64,000 nucleotides of DNA from Solirubrobacterales bacterium (lineage in GTDB: Bacteria; Actinomycetota; Thermoleophilia; Solirubrobacterales; 70-9). The position numbers and the translations under genes are program-made. The notes under the pieces were generated by a model. The model had not been told where the DNA came from. It ran no database searches and saw nothing but the letters and a program-made list of their open reading frames with translations. Location: contig JAWVFK010000018.1 of NCBI GenBank assembly GCA_033856175.1, forward strand, positions 3,104 through 67,103, written 5' to 3'. Shown here piece after piece: positions 1 through 8,963 of this stretch (position 1 is the stretch's first letter; each line of letters opens with the position of its first letter).

Positions 1-495
1 GTGGCCAACGAGTTCGCCGCCTCGCAGCAGTACGTCGCGATCGCCGTCTACTACGACTCGGAGACGCTGCCCCAGCTGGCCGCCTTCTTCTACCGCCAGG
101 CCGTCGAGGAGCGAAACCACGCGATGATGATCGTCCAGTACCTGCTCGACTCCGACGCCTCGCCGCAGATCCCCGGCATCGAGGCGCCGAATACCGAGTT
201 CGAGGACACCGTCGCTCCGGTCCGCCTGGCCCTCGCCCAAGAGAAGAGGGTCAGCGAGCAGATCGGGCACCTCGCGTCGCTGGCGCGCGAGCGCGGCGAC
301 TACCAGGGCGAGCAGTTCATGCAGTGGTTCCTCAAGGAGCAGGTCGAGGAGGTGGCGACGATGAGCGACCTGCTCAAGGTCGTCGAGCGAGCCAGCGAGA
401 ACCCCCTGCTCGCCGAGGAGTACCTGGCCCGCGAGGGCATCGGCGCCGGGTCAGCCGACCCGACCGCGCCCGCCGCGGCCGGCGGCGCTCTCTAG
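1..495 (+). CDS. bfrB: ferritin (BfrB-type), N-terminus cut by window edge
   Basis: ORF track 1..495. NEFAASQQYVAIAVYYDSE..AVEERNHAMM..GEQFMQWFLKEQVEE is the ferritin four-helix ferroxidase pattern and parallels mycobacterial BfrB. About 15-20 usual N-terminal residues are missing, so the GTG at 1 is probably not the true start. Confidence 0.85.
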   Translation: MANEFAASQQYVAIAVYYDSETLPQLAAFFYRQAVEERNHAMMIVQYLLDSDASPQIPGIEAPNTEFEDTVAPVRLALAQEKRVSEQIGHLASLARERGDYQGEQFMQWFLKEQVEEVATMSDLLKVVERASENPLLAEEYLAREGIGAGSADPTAPAAAGGAL

Positions 496-588
496 TCCTA
501 GAAAAGCGCTTCCCGAGGCGCCGTTTCGGCAACCCTCCGTGGTCGGCCTCCAAGGGGAGTACCCTCACTCGTAACTACGAGAGGCCCA

Positions 589-942
589 ATCATTACCAAT
601 GCACAACCGATTGCCGACGCAAAGAGCTCCGAGCAGATAGCGGCAGGATTCAACTTCGTCGATGCCGCAGGTGCCGGATACAAGTTCGAGAAGGCCAGCA
701 ACGAACGTCTGAAGCAGCTGGCGGAGTACGCGTTCGAGGTCTACCAGGACGGGACCAACACGACGCACATCATCGAGCGGACCGCGAATGAGTTCCTCGG
801 CCTCGCGATCGCCGCGGGCAGAGAGCTGACCGGCCGGTCGCCGGCCGCCGATCTGACCATGGAAGAGATCAAGAGCTACGACGCGAAGATCTCGGCCTGG
901 CGGCTGCAGCTGCCAAAGGTCGCTCCCTCGAGCCTGGCCTAA
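589..942 (+). CDS. hypothetical protein; coding-like ORF without canonical start (possible ATC/ATT start)
   Basis: Frame 1 is open from 502 to TAA 940-942 with strong G/C third-position bias (..AQPIADAKSSEQIAAGFNFVDAAGAGYKFEKASNERLKQLAEYAFEVYQDGTNTTHIIERTANEFLG..). It is not in the ORF track because the first ATG/GTG/TTG in frame is at ~859. GAGAGG at 579-584 precedes ATC 589 and ATT 592. Confidence 0.4.
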   Translation: MITNAQPIADAKSSEQIAAGFNFVDAAGAGYKFEKASNERLKQLAEYAFEVYQDGTNTTHIIERTANEFLGLAIAAGRELTGRSPAADLTMEEIKSYDAKISAWRLQLPKVAPSSLA

Positions 943-970
943 CCGGCTGCCCCACGAGTCGCTTCGTTCG

Positions 971-997
971 CCTGCCCGCTCTCATCGAGCGGGCAGG
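971..997. terminator. GC-rich hairpin between convergent genes (putative bidirectional terminator)
   Basis: cctgcccgctc (971-981) / tcatc loop / gagcgggcagg (987-997): perfect 11-bp stem between the + ORF ending at 942 and the - Fic gene ending at 1028. Confidence 0.55.
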
Positions 998-1027
998 TGC
1001 CGATAGCGGCACCAGTGCCCAAACGAT

Positions 1028-2248
1028 TCAACCGCTCACAGCGTCCTCGAATTCGTTCAGCAGCCCGAAGAGCTCCTTCGCCTCCCAGCTGTCGCCCTTT
1101 CGCTTGTTGCGGTGCCGAGTCAAGATTTTCGCGTCCTCCAGACGGGCAAGCCCGCGCAGCGCAGCGACGTCTGACCTGCCGGTCAGCTCCTGGACGATCT
1201 TCGTCGTGATGAACGGAAACGACGGGAGGTTTTCGATCACCTTCAGGGCAACCGCGTCCCGGCGCGTGGGTCCAACGCGCTCGAGCCAATCGCTCTGTAG
1301 CGCCGCGATCCGATCGGAGAAGTTCTCCGCATTGGCGGCCGCCGCCTCGACCGCGCGCGCGAACTGCGCGACCCAGTCGTCAAGAAGATCGGCTCTGTAT
1401 CGCTCCAGGCCCGCGATATAGGCGTCCTTGTTTGCCCCAAGCACGAGGCTGACCGGCGGTACATACCTGGTGGCAATACCCCGGCGCCGGAACAGGACGT
1501 GGATCAAGCATCGGCCAACCCGGCCGTTGCCGTCCCCGAACGGATGAATCGTCTCGAATTGCGAGTGGGCGATCGCCGCCTGGACGACCGGCGGAATGTC
1601 GTCGCGGTTCGCGAACTCGCACAGGTCCTCCACCAGGGGTCGCACATGCTCGGGCGGAGCCGGCACGAACTCGGCTTGAGGCGGAGAGGGCCCGCCTATC
1701 CAGCCCTGCTCTTCGCGGAACTGACCGGCGATTCGGTCGAGCGGCGGCACGACCGCGAGCGCGGCGTGAATGTCCGCGATGTCCTGGGGCGTGATGCGCT
1801 TTGTCTCGGCGCCGATCCTCACCGCCTCTTCCATCGCGCGAGTGTTGGCGAGAACCTCCTGGGCCTTGTGGTCGCCCTGGTCGCCTTCGAGCGCAGCCTG
1901 AGCCAACTTGCGATGCGAGAGGTTCAAACCCTCGATCCGAGATGAGGCCAATGCCTCCGAGCGCAGCAGCTGCCGTGCCAGGCCCTCGAGCGGAACCAGC
2001 GCCGGCTCCCTTGAATTGAGCTCGCGGACTTGAGCCCCAGCCCGTTCTGCAAGGGCGAAGGTTGACGAGTTCAACGCCGGGTCGAGGTCGCCGATCGGGT
2101 CTGCGACGAAAGCTCGGTAACGACCGGCTGCGACCCTGCCACCGCGAGCGCGCTCGAAATCAGGCGCCCACGTACGTTCTTCGTAGTGCCCGCGCCTCTC
2201 GCGAGTCGTTGCGCCTTGATCGCCCGAAGGTTCGGGGAAAGTAGCCAT
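1028..2248 (-). CDS. Fic family protein (AMPylase-type, class II with internal inhibitory motif)
   Basis: Fic core HPFGDGNGRVGR (HxFx[D/E]GNGRxxR). Upstream SSRIEG fits the [S/T]xxxE[G/N] auto-inhibitory helix. The C-terminal part looks winged-helix-like. Confidence 0.85.
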   Translation of the reverse strand: MATFPEPSGDQGATTRERRGHYEERTWAPDFERARGGRVAAGRYRAFVADPIGDLDPALNSSTFALAERAGAQVRELNSREPALVPLEGLARQLLRSEALASSRIEGLNLSHRKLAQAALEGDQGDHKAQEVLANTRAMEEAVRIGAETKRITPQDIADIHAALAVVPPLDRIAGQFREEQGWIGGPSPPQAEFVPAPPEHVRPLVEDLCEFANRDDIPPVVQAAIAHSQFETIHPFGDGNGRVGRCLIHVLFRRRGIATRYVPPVSLVLGANKDAYIAGLERYRADLLDDWVAQFARAVEAAAANAENFSDRIAALQSDWLERVGPTRRDAVALKVIENLPSFPFITTKIVQELTGRSDVAALRGLARLEDAKILTRHRNKRKGDSWEAKELFGLLNEFEDAVSG

Positions 2249-2306
2249 TACCGAACTTTAGCGATGCAAGGTTCGGATGCTGCACATTTCCCGGCGCTTC
2301 GACTAG

Positions 2307-2380
<74 letters not shown>

Positions 2381-2429
2381 CGGCGACGGGCATTGCCCGC
2401 CGGTCAATTGTGGCAGGGTGCGCCGGCGA

Positions 2430-2639
2430 TCAGCCGGCGAGCTCTTGGACCTTGGTCGCGACCGGGCCCTTCGGGCCCTCGTCCGGCTCGAAGCTGACGC
2501 GGGCACCGTCGTTCAGGGAGCGATGCCCTTCGCCCTGGATCTCGGAGTAGTGGACGAAGAGGTCCTTGCCTCCGTCGTCGGGCGTGACGAAGCCATAGCC
2601 CTTCTCGTTGCTGAACCACTTGACAACACCTTCAGCCAT
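2430..2639 (-). CDS. cspA: cold-shock protein (CspA family)
   Basis: [34 protein letters not shown] carries the RNP1 (KGYGFV) and RNP2 (VFVHY-like) motifs; 69 aa. Confidence 0.95.
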   Translation of the reverse strand: MAEGVVKWFSNEKGYGFVTPDDGGKDLFVHYSEIQGEGHRSLNDGARVSFEPDEGPKGPVATKVQELAG

Positions 2640-2850
2640 CCGTCTTGCCTCCTCGGCCGGTGGGCGGCAGAGCCCCCACTAGTTCATTTCATGCGCCAGG
2701 AGGTGACGAGCACTGATCCCGCACACGCTTACTGAGCCGGAGAAGCTAGCGAAACCAGCCGAGCGACGGCCGGCCGCCGAGGGACGCCGCAGCACGCCCG
2801 TCGCAGGCCGCGGCGGCGCTGCAACGGCGCTCATCTAAGCTGCCCGCCGG

Positions 2851-3696
2851 ATGCGGCTGATCAGCTACAGAACGGGCTCCGGCGCGGCCGCCGGCATCCT
2901 GCGGGGCGACCGTGTCCTCGACGCCGGCGAGGCCCTCGGCCTGGACTCGACGATCGGCATGCGCCAGCTGCTCGCCGACGGCCGCCTCGCCGAGCTCGCG
3001 GGCGCCTCCGGCGATGGCAGGCCGCTCGCCGAGCTCGAGTTGCTGGCGCCGGTTCCCGACCCGGCGAAGATCGTCTGCATCGGCCTCAACTACCGCAGCC
3101 ACGCCGCCGAGGCCGGCATCGATCCGCCCGAGAGCCCGACCTTCTTCGCCAAGTTCGCCAACGCGCTCGCCGCCGACGGCGCCGAGGTGGCGCTGCCGGC
3201 GAAGAGCCAGAAGGTCGACTTCGAGGCCGAGCTCGCCTTCGTCGTCGGTCGCCGGGCGACCGCGGTCGACGAGACCGAGGCCCTCGATCACATCGCCGGC
3301 TACACGCTGCTCAACGACCTCGCGGCGCGCGACCTGCAGTTCGCGACGCCGCAGTGGATGCCCGGCAAGGTCTTCGACGGCTCGGCGCCCTGCGGGCCGG
3401 CGCTGGTCACCGCCGACGAGGCCGGGGCCCACGACGCGATCGAGATAGCGCTGACGCTCAACGGCGAGCAGATGCAGGCCGCGTCGAGCTCGGACCTGAT
3501 CTTCTCGCCGCCGGCGCTGCTGGCACGGCTCTCGGCGCTGATGACTCTCGAGCCCGGTGACATCGTCGCGACGGGGACGCCGGCCGGCGTCGGCGGCGCC
3601 CGCGAGCCGCGCGTCTGGCTAAAGCCGGGCGACGAGCTGGTCGTCTCCTCACCGACGCTCGGCGAGCTGCGCACCATCATCGGCCCGCGAGCGTAG
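2851..3696 (+). CDS. fumarylacetoacetate hydrolase (FAH) family protein
   Basis: 281 aa. The pattern KIVCIGLNYRSHAAE..FFAKF..DFEAELAFVVG..GYTLLNDLAARDLQ..PGDIVATGTPAGVG is typical of FAH / 2-keto-4-pentenoate hydratase-like enzymes. Confidence 0.85.
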   Translation: MRLISYRTGSGAAAGILRGDRVLDAGEALGLDSTIGMRQLLADGRLAELAGASGDGRPLAELELLAPVPDPAKIVCIGLNYRSHAAEAGIDPPESPTFFAKFANALAADGAEVALPAKSQKVDFEAELAFVVGRRATAVDETEALDHIAGYTLLNDLAARDLQFATPQWMPGKVFDGSAPCGPALVTADEAGAHDAIEIALTLNGEQMQAASSSDLIFSPPALLARLSALMTLEPGDIVATGTPAGVGGAREPRVWLKPGDELVVSSPTLGELRTIIGPRA

Positions 3697-3716
3697 GTCA
3701 ACCGAGCCCGAAAATG

Positions 3717-3742
3717 CTGACGGGCCCCGAAGGGCCCGTCAG
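3717..3742. terminator. hairpin between convergent genes (putative bidirectional terminator)
   Basis: ctgacgggcc (3717-3726) / ccgaag / ggcccgtcag (3733-3742): perfect 10-bp stem, preceded by aaaa on the + strand. It lies between the FAH stop (3696) and the - gene ending at 3837. Confidence 0.6.
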
Positions 3743-3836
3743 CGAGGGAGGAGAGGTTGCTACTTCTGCTCGCGAGGTATGTAAGGCGAGCAGATCTCTC
3801 CGAACCGGCCTCTCCGCCGGTCCGGGCTAAGCCCTT

Positions 3837-4244
3837 TTAGACCAGAGCCGAGAGGCGCTCCTTGGCGGTCGTCTGCACCCTGCGCAGCGTCCGCTCGGTG
3901 CGGGGACGGATGTCCCGGACCTCGGCCTCGACGCGCTCGCGCCGCTTGGTGAGCTCCTGCTCGACCCGCTGGCGCAGACCGGGCAGCTGGGCGACAGCGC
4001 TGCGACGCAGCTCGGCGCCGCGCACCTCCGCCTGCCTCAGCTCGGTCACGACCTGGGCGCGCAGCTTGCGCAGCTCGGGGTCGCGGGTCTGCGAATCGAC
4101 AAACGGCCGAACGCGCTCGGCGGCCCGGACAGCGACACCCACCGGGACGTCGACCGCCTGGATCGTGTCCGTGGTCTGGGTCGTCGCCGCGGTCGTCGCG
4201 GTCTTCCTCGTGCTGCCGTTCTTGCTTGCTTTCCTGATTGCCAT
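3837..4244 (-). CDS. hypothetical basic coiled-coil protein
   Basis: 135-aa ORF with a Thr-rich N-terminus and Arg/Glu-rich heptad-like segments (ELRKLRAQVVTELRQAEVRGAELRR). Coding-like codon bias. An AT-richer upstream region (4245-4378) is compatible with a promoter. Confidence 0.55.
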   Translation of the reverse strand: MAIRKASKNGSTRKTATTAATTQTTDTIQAVDVPVGVAVRAAERVRPFVDSQTRDPELRKLRAQVVTELRQAEVRGAELRRSAVAQLPGLRQRVEQELTKRRERVEAEVRDIRPRTERTLRRVQTTAKERLSALV

Positions 4245-4378
4245 TCTTTTCGAAGCCCCCTTGCTGGGTTCGTTTTACTCTACTTAACGGTAAGGATGTT
4301 CGGAGTGTAGCACCGAACACACGTTTGGTAACCCCTGCTCGCAGAGCGGTTACGTGCGCTTTGTCACCAGCGGCCGGC

Positions 4379-5032
4379 CTAGTACGGCGGCAGCTCGTCG
4401 TACCAGCTGCCGAGGGCCCGGAACGAGCGCCAGAACTCCTGCTTGGCGCCCTGCTCGTCGAGCGAGACGTCGATCTCGGGCACGAAGAGGGCGTCGACGG
4501 TCGGGGTAAGGCTCTGGATCTCACCGGGCCGGGCCTCGATCGGACGCGCCAGCGGCAGCGAGAGGGCGTTGAGGACGCTCAGAGCGGCCTCCCCCATAAC
4601 GACGACCATCCGCGGCGCGATCACGGCGATCTCCTCGACCAGGCGGGCAACGCACTCGGGCGCCGCCAGCGAGGGATCGGCGACCGGGCACTTGACGCAG
4701 AGCGTGCCGTAGACGGCGAGCGGGTCGATCCCGAGCCGCTTGAGGCTCTTCATCAGAGCGTTGCCGGAGCGCCCGTAGAAGGCGACGCCCTCCTCGATCT
4801 CGGCGGCGGTCGGCGAGTGCTTGAGCATCAGGATGTCGGCCTGGGGATGGCCCGATCCGAGCACCGGCATCAGCTTGCCGCGGGGGCAATGCGGGCAGGC
4901 CTGCAGCTCACGGGTGAGCTGGTTCAGCTCTCGAATTGCCCGCTCGAGGTACTTCTCCTGGATTTCGTCGTCGGTCGTCCGCACTGCCGGAATACCTCTT
5001 GGCGACGGCGCGGCGTCTCCCTGCCGGTGCAT
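4379..5032 (-). CDS. uracil-DNA glycosylase superfamily protein (family 4/5-like, divergent)
   Basis: GSGHPQADILMLKHSP..AFYGRSGNAL resembles UDG family-4 motif A (GxGxxxAxxMxxGExP) and the F-x-G-x-x-G motif. The start ATG shares one base with the TGA stop of the upstream gene (TGATG). Confidence 0.6.
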   Translation of the reverse strand: MHRQGDAAPSPRGIPAVRTTDDEIQEKYLERAIRELNQLTRELQACPHCPRGKLMPVLGSGHPQADILMLKHSPTAAEIEEGVAFYGRSGNALMKSLKRLGIDPLAVYGTLCVKCPVADPSLAAPECVARLVEEIAVIAPRMVVVMGEAALSVLNALSLPLARPIEARPGEIQSLTPTVDALFVPEIDVSLDEQGAKQEFWRSFRALGSWYDELPPY

Positions 5033-6993
5033 CAGCTCTTGCCGTCGCCGCGGCCCGGCGGTGCGGCGCCCCGGCGAGCCCGCCGCTGGCCGCCCCTGAC
5101 CGGTCGCGCGTTCGCGACCTTGCGCTTCGGCGCCTTCGGCCGCCCCGCCGTCTGCAGGAACTTCAGCGTCTGGACGTAGACGAGGTTCTTGTGCTTCTGG
5201 ACGATGTCGGCATCGCGCATCGCCTCGAGGAACTCCTCGGGGCCGTCGAAGTCCCGCACCCTGATGCGAACGCTGCCGAGCCCCTGGGCGACGTGGCTGT
5301 CCGAGCCGGCGCCGGCGACGATCCCGTACTTGGCGGCGAAGCGGACGGCCTCCTCGTTGAAGGCGGTGACCGCGATCCGCGGGTTGAAGACCTCGAGGAT
5401 GTCGATCTCCTCGACGACGTCCAGCAGATGCTCGTAGTCCGGCACCGAGTGGAAGCGGTCGAAGGGATGGGGCATGTAGACGAGCCCGCCCTGGGCGCGG
5501 ATCGCGGCGATCGTCTCGGCCATCGTCAGGCCGCGCTCGATCTTGCGCTCGAGAAAGAGGCCGATCACCTCACCCTGCTCGGCGGTCTTGATCTCCTCGG
5601 CGACGATCACCTCGATGCCGTCCATCCCGGCGGCGATCTCGCGCGCCTCGAGCGCGCCCGAGACCTCGTTGTGGTCGGTGATCGCGATCGCGCCGAGGCC
5701 ACGGTCGCGCGCCGTCTCCAGCAGGACCTCGACGGGCGTCGCGCAGTCGGGCGAGTGGTCGGTGTGCATGTGCAGGTCGACGTCGATGGTTGGCCGCGAG
5801 GCAAGCCGCCGGCGTATGGCGGCGCTGCCTTCGGAGACGTGGCGGCGGCCGACGACGCGGCCGTAGACGCCCTCGAGCTCGTCGGTGACGTCGGACCAGC
5901 TGCGTGAGGCGGCCCGCGAGCCGGCGTCGCGGAGCTCCCGGCGCAGCGCCGGGCTCTCGGCCAGCCGCACGAGCTGGCCGGCCAGCGTGTAGGGGTCGCC
6001 GGGAGGAAAGAGCAGCCCGCGCTCGCCTTCGCCCAGCAGCTCGGCATAGCGCTCGAGGTCGGATGCGACCGGCACGGCCCCGCCGGCCAGCGCTTTGCGG
6101 ATCAGCCCCGGCGCCGAGCGCGGACCGCCCGAGGCCGCGCAGAGGACATCGGCCGATGCGATGAGATGCTCGAGCGGGCCGGCCGCCGGGCCGACGAAGT
6201 CGATCCGCTCTCTGAGGGCGCGGGCGATCCGCGGCGGGGCGACCGCAGGATCGGGCAGCCAGACCGTCGCTCGCCATTCGAGCTCCAGCGGCAGCCGCCG
6301 CAACGCGCGCAGGAACAGTCGCAGCGCGCCGCGCTCCTCCTCGGCGGCGAAGAGGATCTCGAGGCGGCCGTCGTCGTTGCGACGCCGGGGCTCGCTATCG
6401 GCGCCGGGCGGCAGCAGCTCGTAGCCGCCGGGAAAGAAGCGCTCGAGCCGCTCTGCCGTGGTCTTCGAGCAGGCGGTGCGGGCATCGAGCCGGCCGAAGA
6501 AGATCTCGACCAACGGCCGCGCGACCTGGGTCGAGAGCACGCGCTCGGCAGGGTCGTGAAAGGTGCCGACGTTGAGCGAGTGCGAGTGGCGCAACGCAGC
6601 CGCCGAGGTGCTCGGCGCGAACGGCTCGTGGACGTGGACGACATCGATCGCCAGGCTGGCGAGCAGCGTCTCGAGGCTGCGGCCGACATCGATCGAGACC
6701 GAGGCGCCGCGCGAGCTCGAGCCGCTCGGCAGCGACAGCCCGGGGCCGACGCAGACCAGCTGCGGCTTGCCGTCCGCCGGCAGGATCGCGGCTGGGTCGG
6801 CGCCAGCGGCTCGAATCAGCCGGCGCCCTTCGCGGATCTCGGCGCGCGAGTCCGAGGGCGCGACGATGAGGACGCGGTGGCCGCGGGCGGCGAGCTCCGC
6901 CGAGGTGCGCTCGACGAACTCGTTGACCTCGTGCCGGTCCCCCCACTGCTGCGGGGTGACCTGCGCGATCGTCAGGCGGCCGTCGTCAGACAC
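5032..6993 (-). CDS. PimA-like GT4 glycosyltransferase fused to C-terminal PHP phosphoesterase domain
   Basis: The N-terminal ~400 aa parallels mycobacterial PimA (VHVHEPFAPSTS, GTFHDP, EERGALRLF, GGAVPVASDL). The C-terminal IDVDLHMHTDHSPDC..AITDHN..MPHPFD..GSDSH is PHP metal-binding histidine/aspartate signature. The ORF-track start (7758) would overlap ino1, so I take GTG 6993 (VSDDGRLTIAQVTP). Confidence 0.75.
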   Translation of the reverse strand: MSDDGRLTIAQVTPQQWGDRHEVNEFVERTSAELAARGHRVLIVAPSDSRAEIREGRRLIRAAGADPAAILPADGKPQLVCVGPGLSLPSGSSSRGASVSIDVGRSLETLLASLAIDVVHVHEPFAPSTSAAALRHSHSLNVGTFHDPAERVLSTQVARPLVEIFFGRLDARTACSKTTAERLERFFPGGYELLPPGADSEPRRRNDDGRLEILFAAEEERGALRLFLRALRRLPLELEWRATVWLPDPAVAPPRIARALRERIDFVGPAAGPLEHLIASADVLCAASGGPRSAPGLIRKALAGGAVPVASDLERYAELLGEGERGLLFPPGDPYTLAGQLVRLAESPALRRELRDAGSRAASRSWSDVTDELEGVYGRVVGRRHVSEGSAAIRRRLASRPTIDVDLHMHTDHSPDCATPVEVLLETARDRGLGAIAITDHNEVSGALEAREIAAGMDGIEVIVAEEIKTAEQGEVIGLFLERKIERGLTMAETIAAIRAQGGLVYMPHPFDRFHSVPDYEHLLDVVEEIDILEVFNPRIAVTAFNEEAVRFAAKYGIVAGAGSDSHVAQGLGSVRIRVRDFDGPEEFLEAMRDADIVQKHKNLVYVQTLKFLQTAGRPKAPKRKVANARPVRGGQRRARRGAAPPGRGDGKS

Positions 6994-7055
6994 TGGCCGA
7001 GAATAGAGAGGGGCGCGCGGAGGGCCGACCGCCGCGCCGCGCCGGGCTACCCGGG

Positions 7056-8231
7056 CTACTGCTCGGCGCTGACCGGCGTCTCGCTGGCGGCCGGCTGCTG
7101 GGGCGCCGTGCCGCGGGCGTTCTTGGCGATGAACTCCTCGGTGTCGTCGCGCGCCTGCGAGTCGGGCCGCTGGTTGTGCGGCGACTTCATCAGGTAGCTC
7201 GAGGGGCCGTCGAGCTGGCCGGCGACGCCGTTGTTGAGCGCCAGCTTGACGATCCGGACCGCGTCGATGACGATGCCGGCCGAGTTCGGCGAGTCCCAGA
7301 CCTCGAGCTTGAGCTCGAGGTTCAGCGGCACGTCGCCGAAGGCCCGGCCCTCGACGCGGATGTGGGCCCACTTGCGGTCGGTCAGCCACGGCACGTAGTC
7401 GGAGGGGCCGATGTAGACGTCGTCGGCCGGCAGCTCGTGGTCCATGATCGAGGTGACGGCGTTGGTCTTCGAGATCTTCTTCGACTCGAGCCGCTCGCGC
7501 TCGAGCATGTTGAAGAAGTCCATGTTGCCGCCGACGTTGAGCTGGCTGGTGCGCTCCATGCGCACGCCGCGGTCGGCGAACAGCCGCGCCAGCTGGCGAT
7601 GGACGATCGTCGCGCCGACCTGGGACTTGATGTCGTCGCCGATGATCGGCAGGCCGGCCTCGCGAAAGCGGTTGTCCCAGTAGTCCTCGCGGGCGATGAA
7701 GACGGGCAGGCAGTTGACGAAGCCGACACCGGCGGCGAGGGCCTGTTCGACGTACCACTTGGTCGCGTCCTCGGAGCCGACCGGCAGGTAGCAGACGAGG
7801 ACATCGGTCTTCGTCTCCTTGAGGATGCCGACGATGTCGGCGGTCTCGCCCGGCGCCTTGGTGATCTTCTGCTTGAGGTACTTGCCGAGGCCGTCGTGGG
7901 TCATGCCGCGCTCGACCCTGACGCCCAGCGACGGCACCTCGGAGAAGGTGATCGTGTTGTTCTGGCCGGAGAAGATCGCCTCGGAGAGGTCCTTGCCGAC
8001 CTTGTCGACGTCGATGTCGAAGGCCGCGGTGAACTCGATGTCGCGGACGTGGTAGCCACCGAGATCGACGTGCATGAGACCCGGGACCTGCTCGTTCGGG
8101 TCGGCGTCGCGGTAGTACTGGACGCCCTGCACGAAGGAGCTCGCACAGTTGCCGACGCCGACGATGGCGACGCGGACCTTGCCGTCGTCAGCGCGCATGC
8201 CGTTGCTTGATACGCCGTTTGTCTTGCTCAT
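7056..8231 (-). CDS. ino1: myo-inositol-1-phosphate synthase
   Basis: 391 aa. [22 protein letters not shown] (NAD fold), ..LPVGSE.. and [11 protein letters not shown].. are typical bacterial/archaeal Ino1. Confidence 0.9.
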   Translation of the reverse strand: MSKTNGVSSNGMRADDGKVRVAIVGVGNCASSFVQGVQYYRDADPNEQVPGLMHVDLGGYHVRDIEFTAAFDIDVDKVGKDLSEAIFSGQNNTITFSEVPSLGVRVERGMTHDGLGKYLKQKITKAPGETADIVGILKETKTDVLVCYLPVGSEDATKWYVEQALAAGVGFVNCLPVFIAREDYWDNRFREAGLPIIGDDIKSQVGATIVHRQLARLFADRGVRMERTSQLNVGGNMDFFNMLERERLESKKISKTNAVTSIMDHELPADDVYIGPSDYVPWLTDRKWAHIRVEGRAFGDVPLNLELKLEVWDSPNSAGIVIDAVRIVKLALNNGVAGQLDGPSSYLMKSPHNQRPDSQARDDTEEFIAKNARGTAPQQPAASETPVSAEQ

Positions 8232-8291
8232 GCGGAAACAGTTCCTCCTGGTTCAGTTCAGGTTCGTAAGCACACCCGCCCCCAAGCGGGG

Positions 8292-8948
8292 TTACACGGA
8301 GCGCTCCGCCTCGATCAGCTGGCCGCGGACGTGCCAGACGCGCTGGAACACGGTAACCGCTGTCAGAGCGGCCATCACGTAGATCGCCGGCGCAAGCAGC
8401 TCGAAGCTGCCGAGAGAGGCTCCGCGGGCGAAGACCAGGCCGATCGAGAGCACGACGACCCGGACCGGCCGCGTGGCGAGGCCGACCTTGCACTCGACGC
8501 CGAGCGCCTCGGCGCGGGCGCGGGTGTAGGAGACCATCAGCGAGCCGAGCGTCGCACCGACGCACATCGCCGCGGCGAACTCGTCGCCGCGGGCGGCGAA
8601 GTAGGCGGCAACCGCGGTGAGGACGATGCCCTCCTCGACGCGGTCGAGCGTCGAGTCGAGAAAGGCGCCGAAGAGCGAGCCCTTGCCCGACATCCGCGAG
8701 TAGCGGCCGTCGAGGGTGTCCATCACCGAGCCGACGATGAATGCCACCCCGGCGAGGAAGAACAGGCGCTCGACGACGAGGACGGCGGCGGCGGCGTTGA
8801 GGACGAAGCCGGTCAGCGAGATCGCGTTGGGGGTCAGTCGCGACTCGATCAGCCGCTCGCGGGCGAGCGAGCGCAGATCCTGGCCGTTGCGGCGCGGCCG
8901 CTCGGCGTCGCGACTGCGTGGAGCCTGTGAGGGAGCTGAGGTTGCCAT
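8292..8948 (-). CDS. pgsA: CDP-alcohol phosphatidyltransferase (phosphatidylinositol-phosphate synthase-like)
   Basis: DTLDGRYSRMSGKGSLFGAFLDSTLDRVEE matches D-x2-DG-x2-AR-x8-G-x3-D-x3-D. Multiple TM helices. Directly upstream of ino1 in the same orientation. Confidence 0.8.
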   Translation of the reverse strand: MATSAPSQAPRSRDAERPRRNGQDLRSLARERLIESRLTPNAISLTGFVLNAAAAVLVVERLFFLAGVAFIVGSVMDTLDGRYSRMSGKGSLFGAFLDSTLDRVEEGIVLTAVAAYFAARGDEFAAAMCVGATLGSLMVSYTRARAEALGVECKVGLATRPVRVVVLSIGLVFARGASLGSFELLAPAIYVMAALTAVTVFQRVWHVRGQLIEAERSV

Positions 8949-8963
8949 CGGCGGGGGCCAGCC

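Noticed and set aside
6994-7758. N-terminal 255-aa extension of the GT4-PHP ORF (ORF-track start 7758)
   Set aside because: The extension overlaps the ino1 coding region in another frame and is Arg/Pro-rich nonsense. The GT4 homology begins right after GTG 6993.
8292-8948. Alternative call as di-myo-inositol-phosphate-phosphate synthase (DIPPS)
   Set aside because: There is no fused or adjacent CTP:inositol-1-phosphate cytidylyltransferase domain. Co-location with a PimA-like GT favours the PI/PIM lipid pathway. The alternative cannot be fully excluded without phylogeny.
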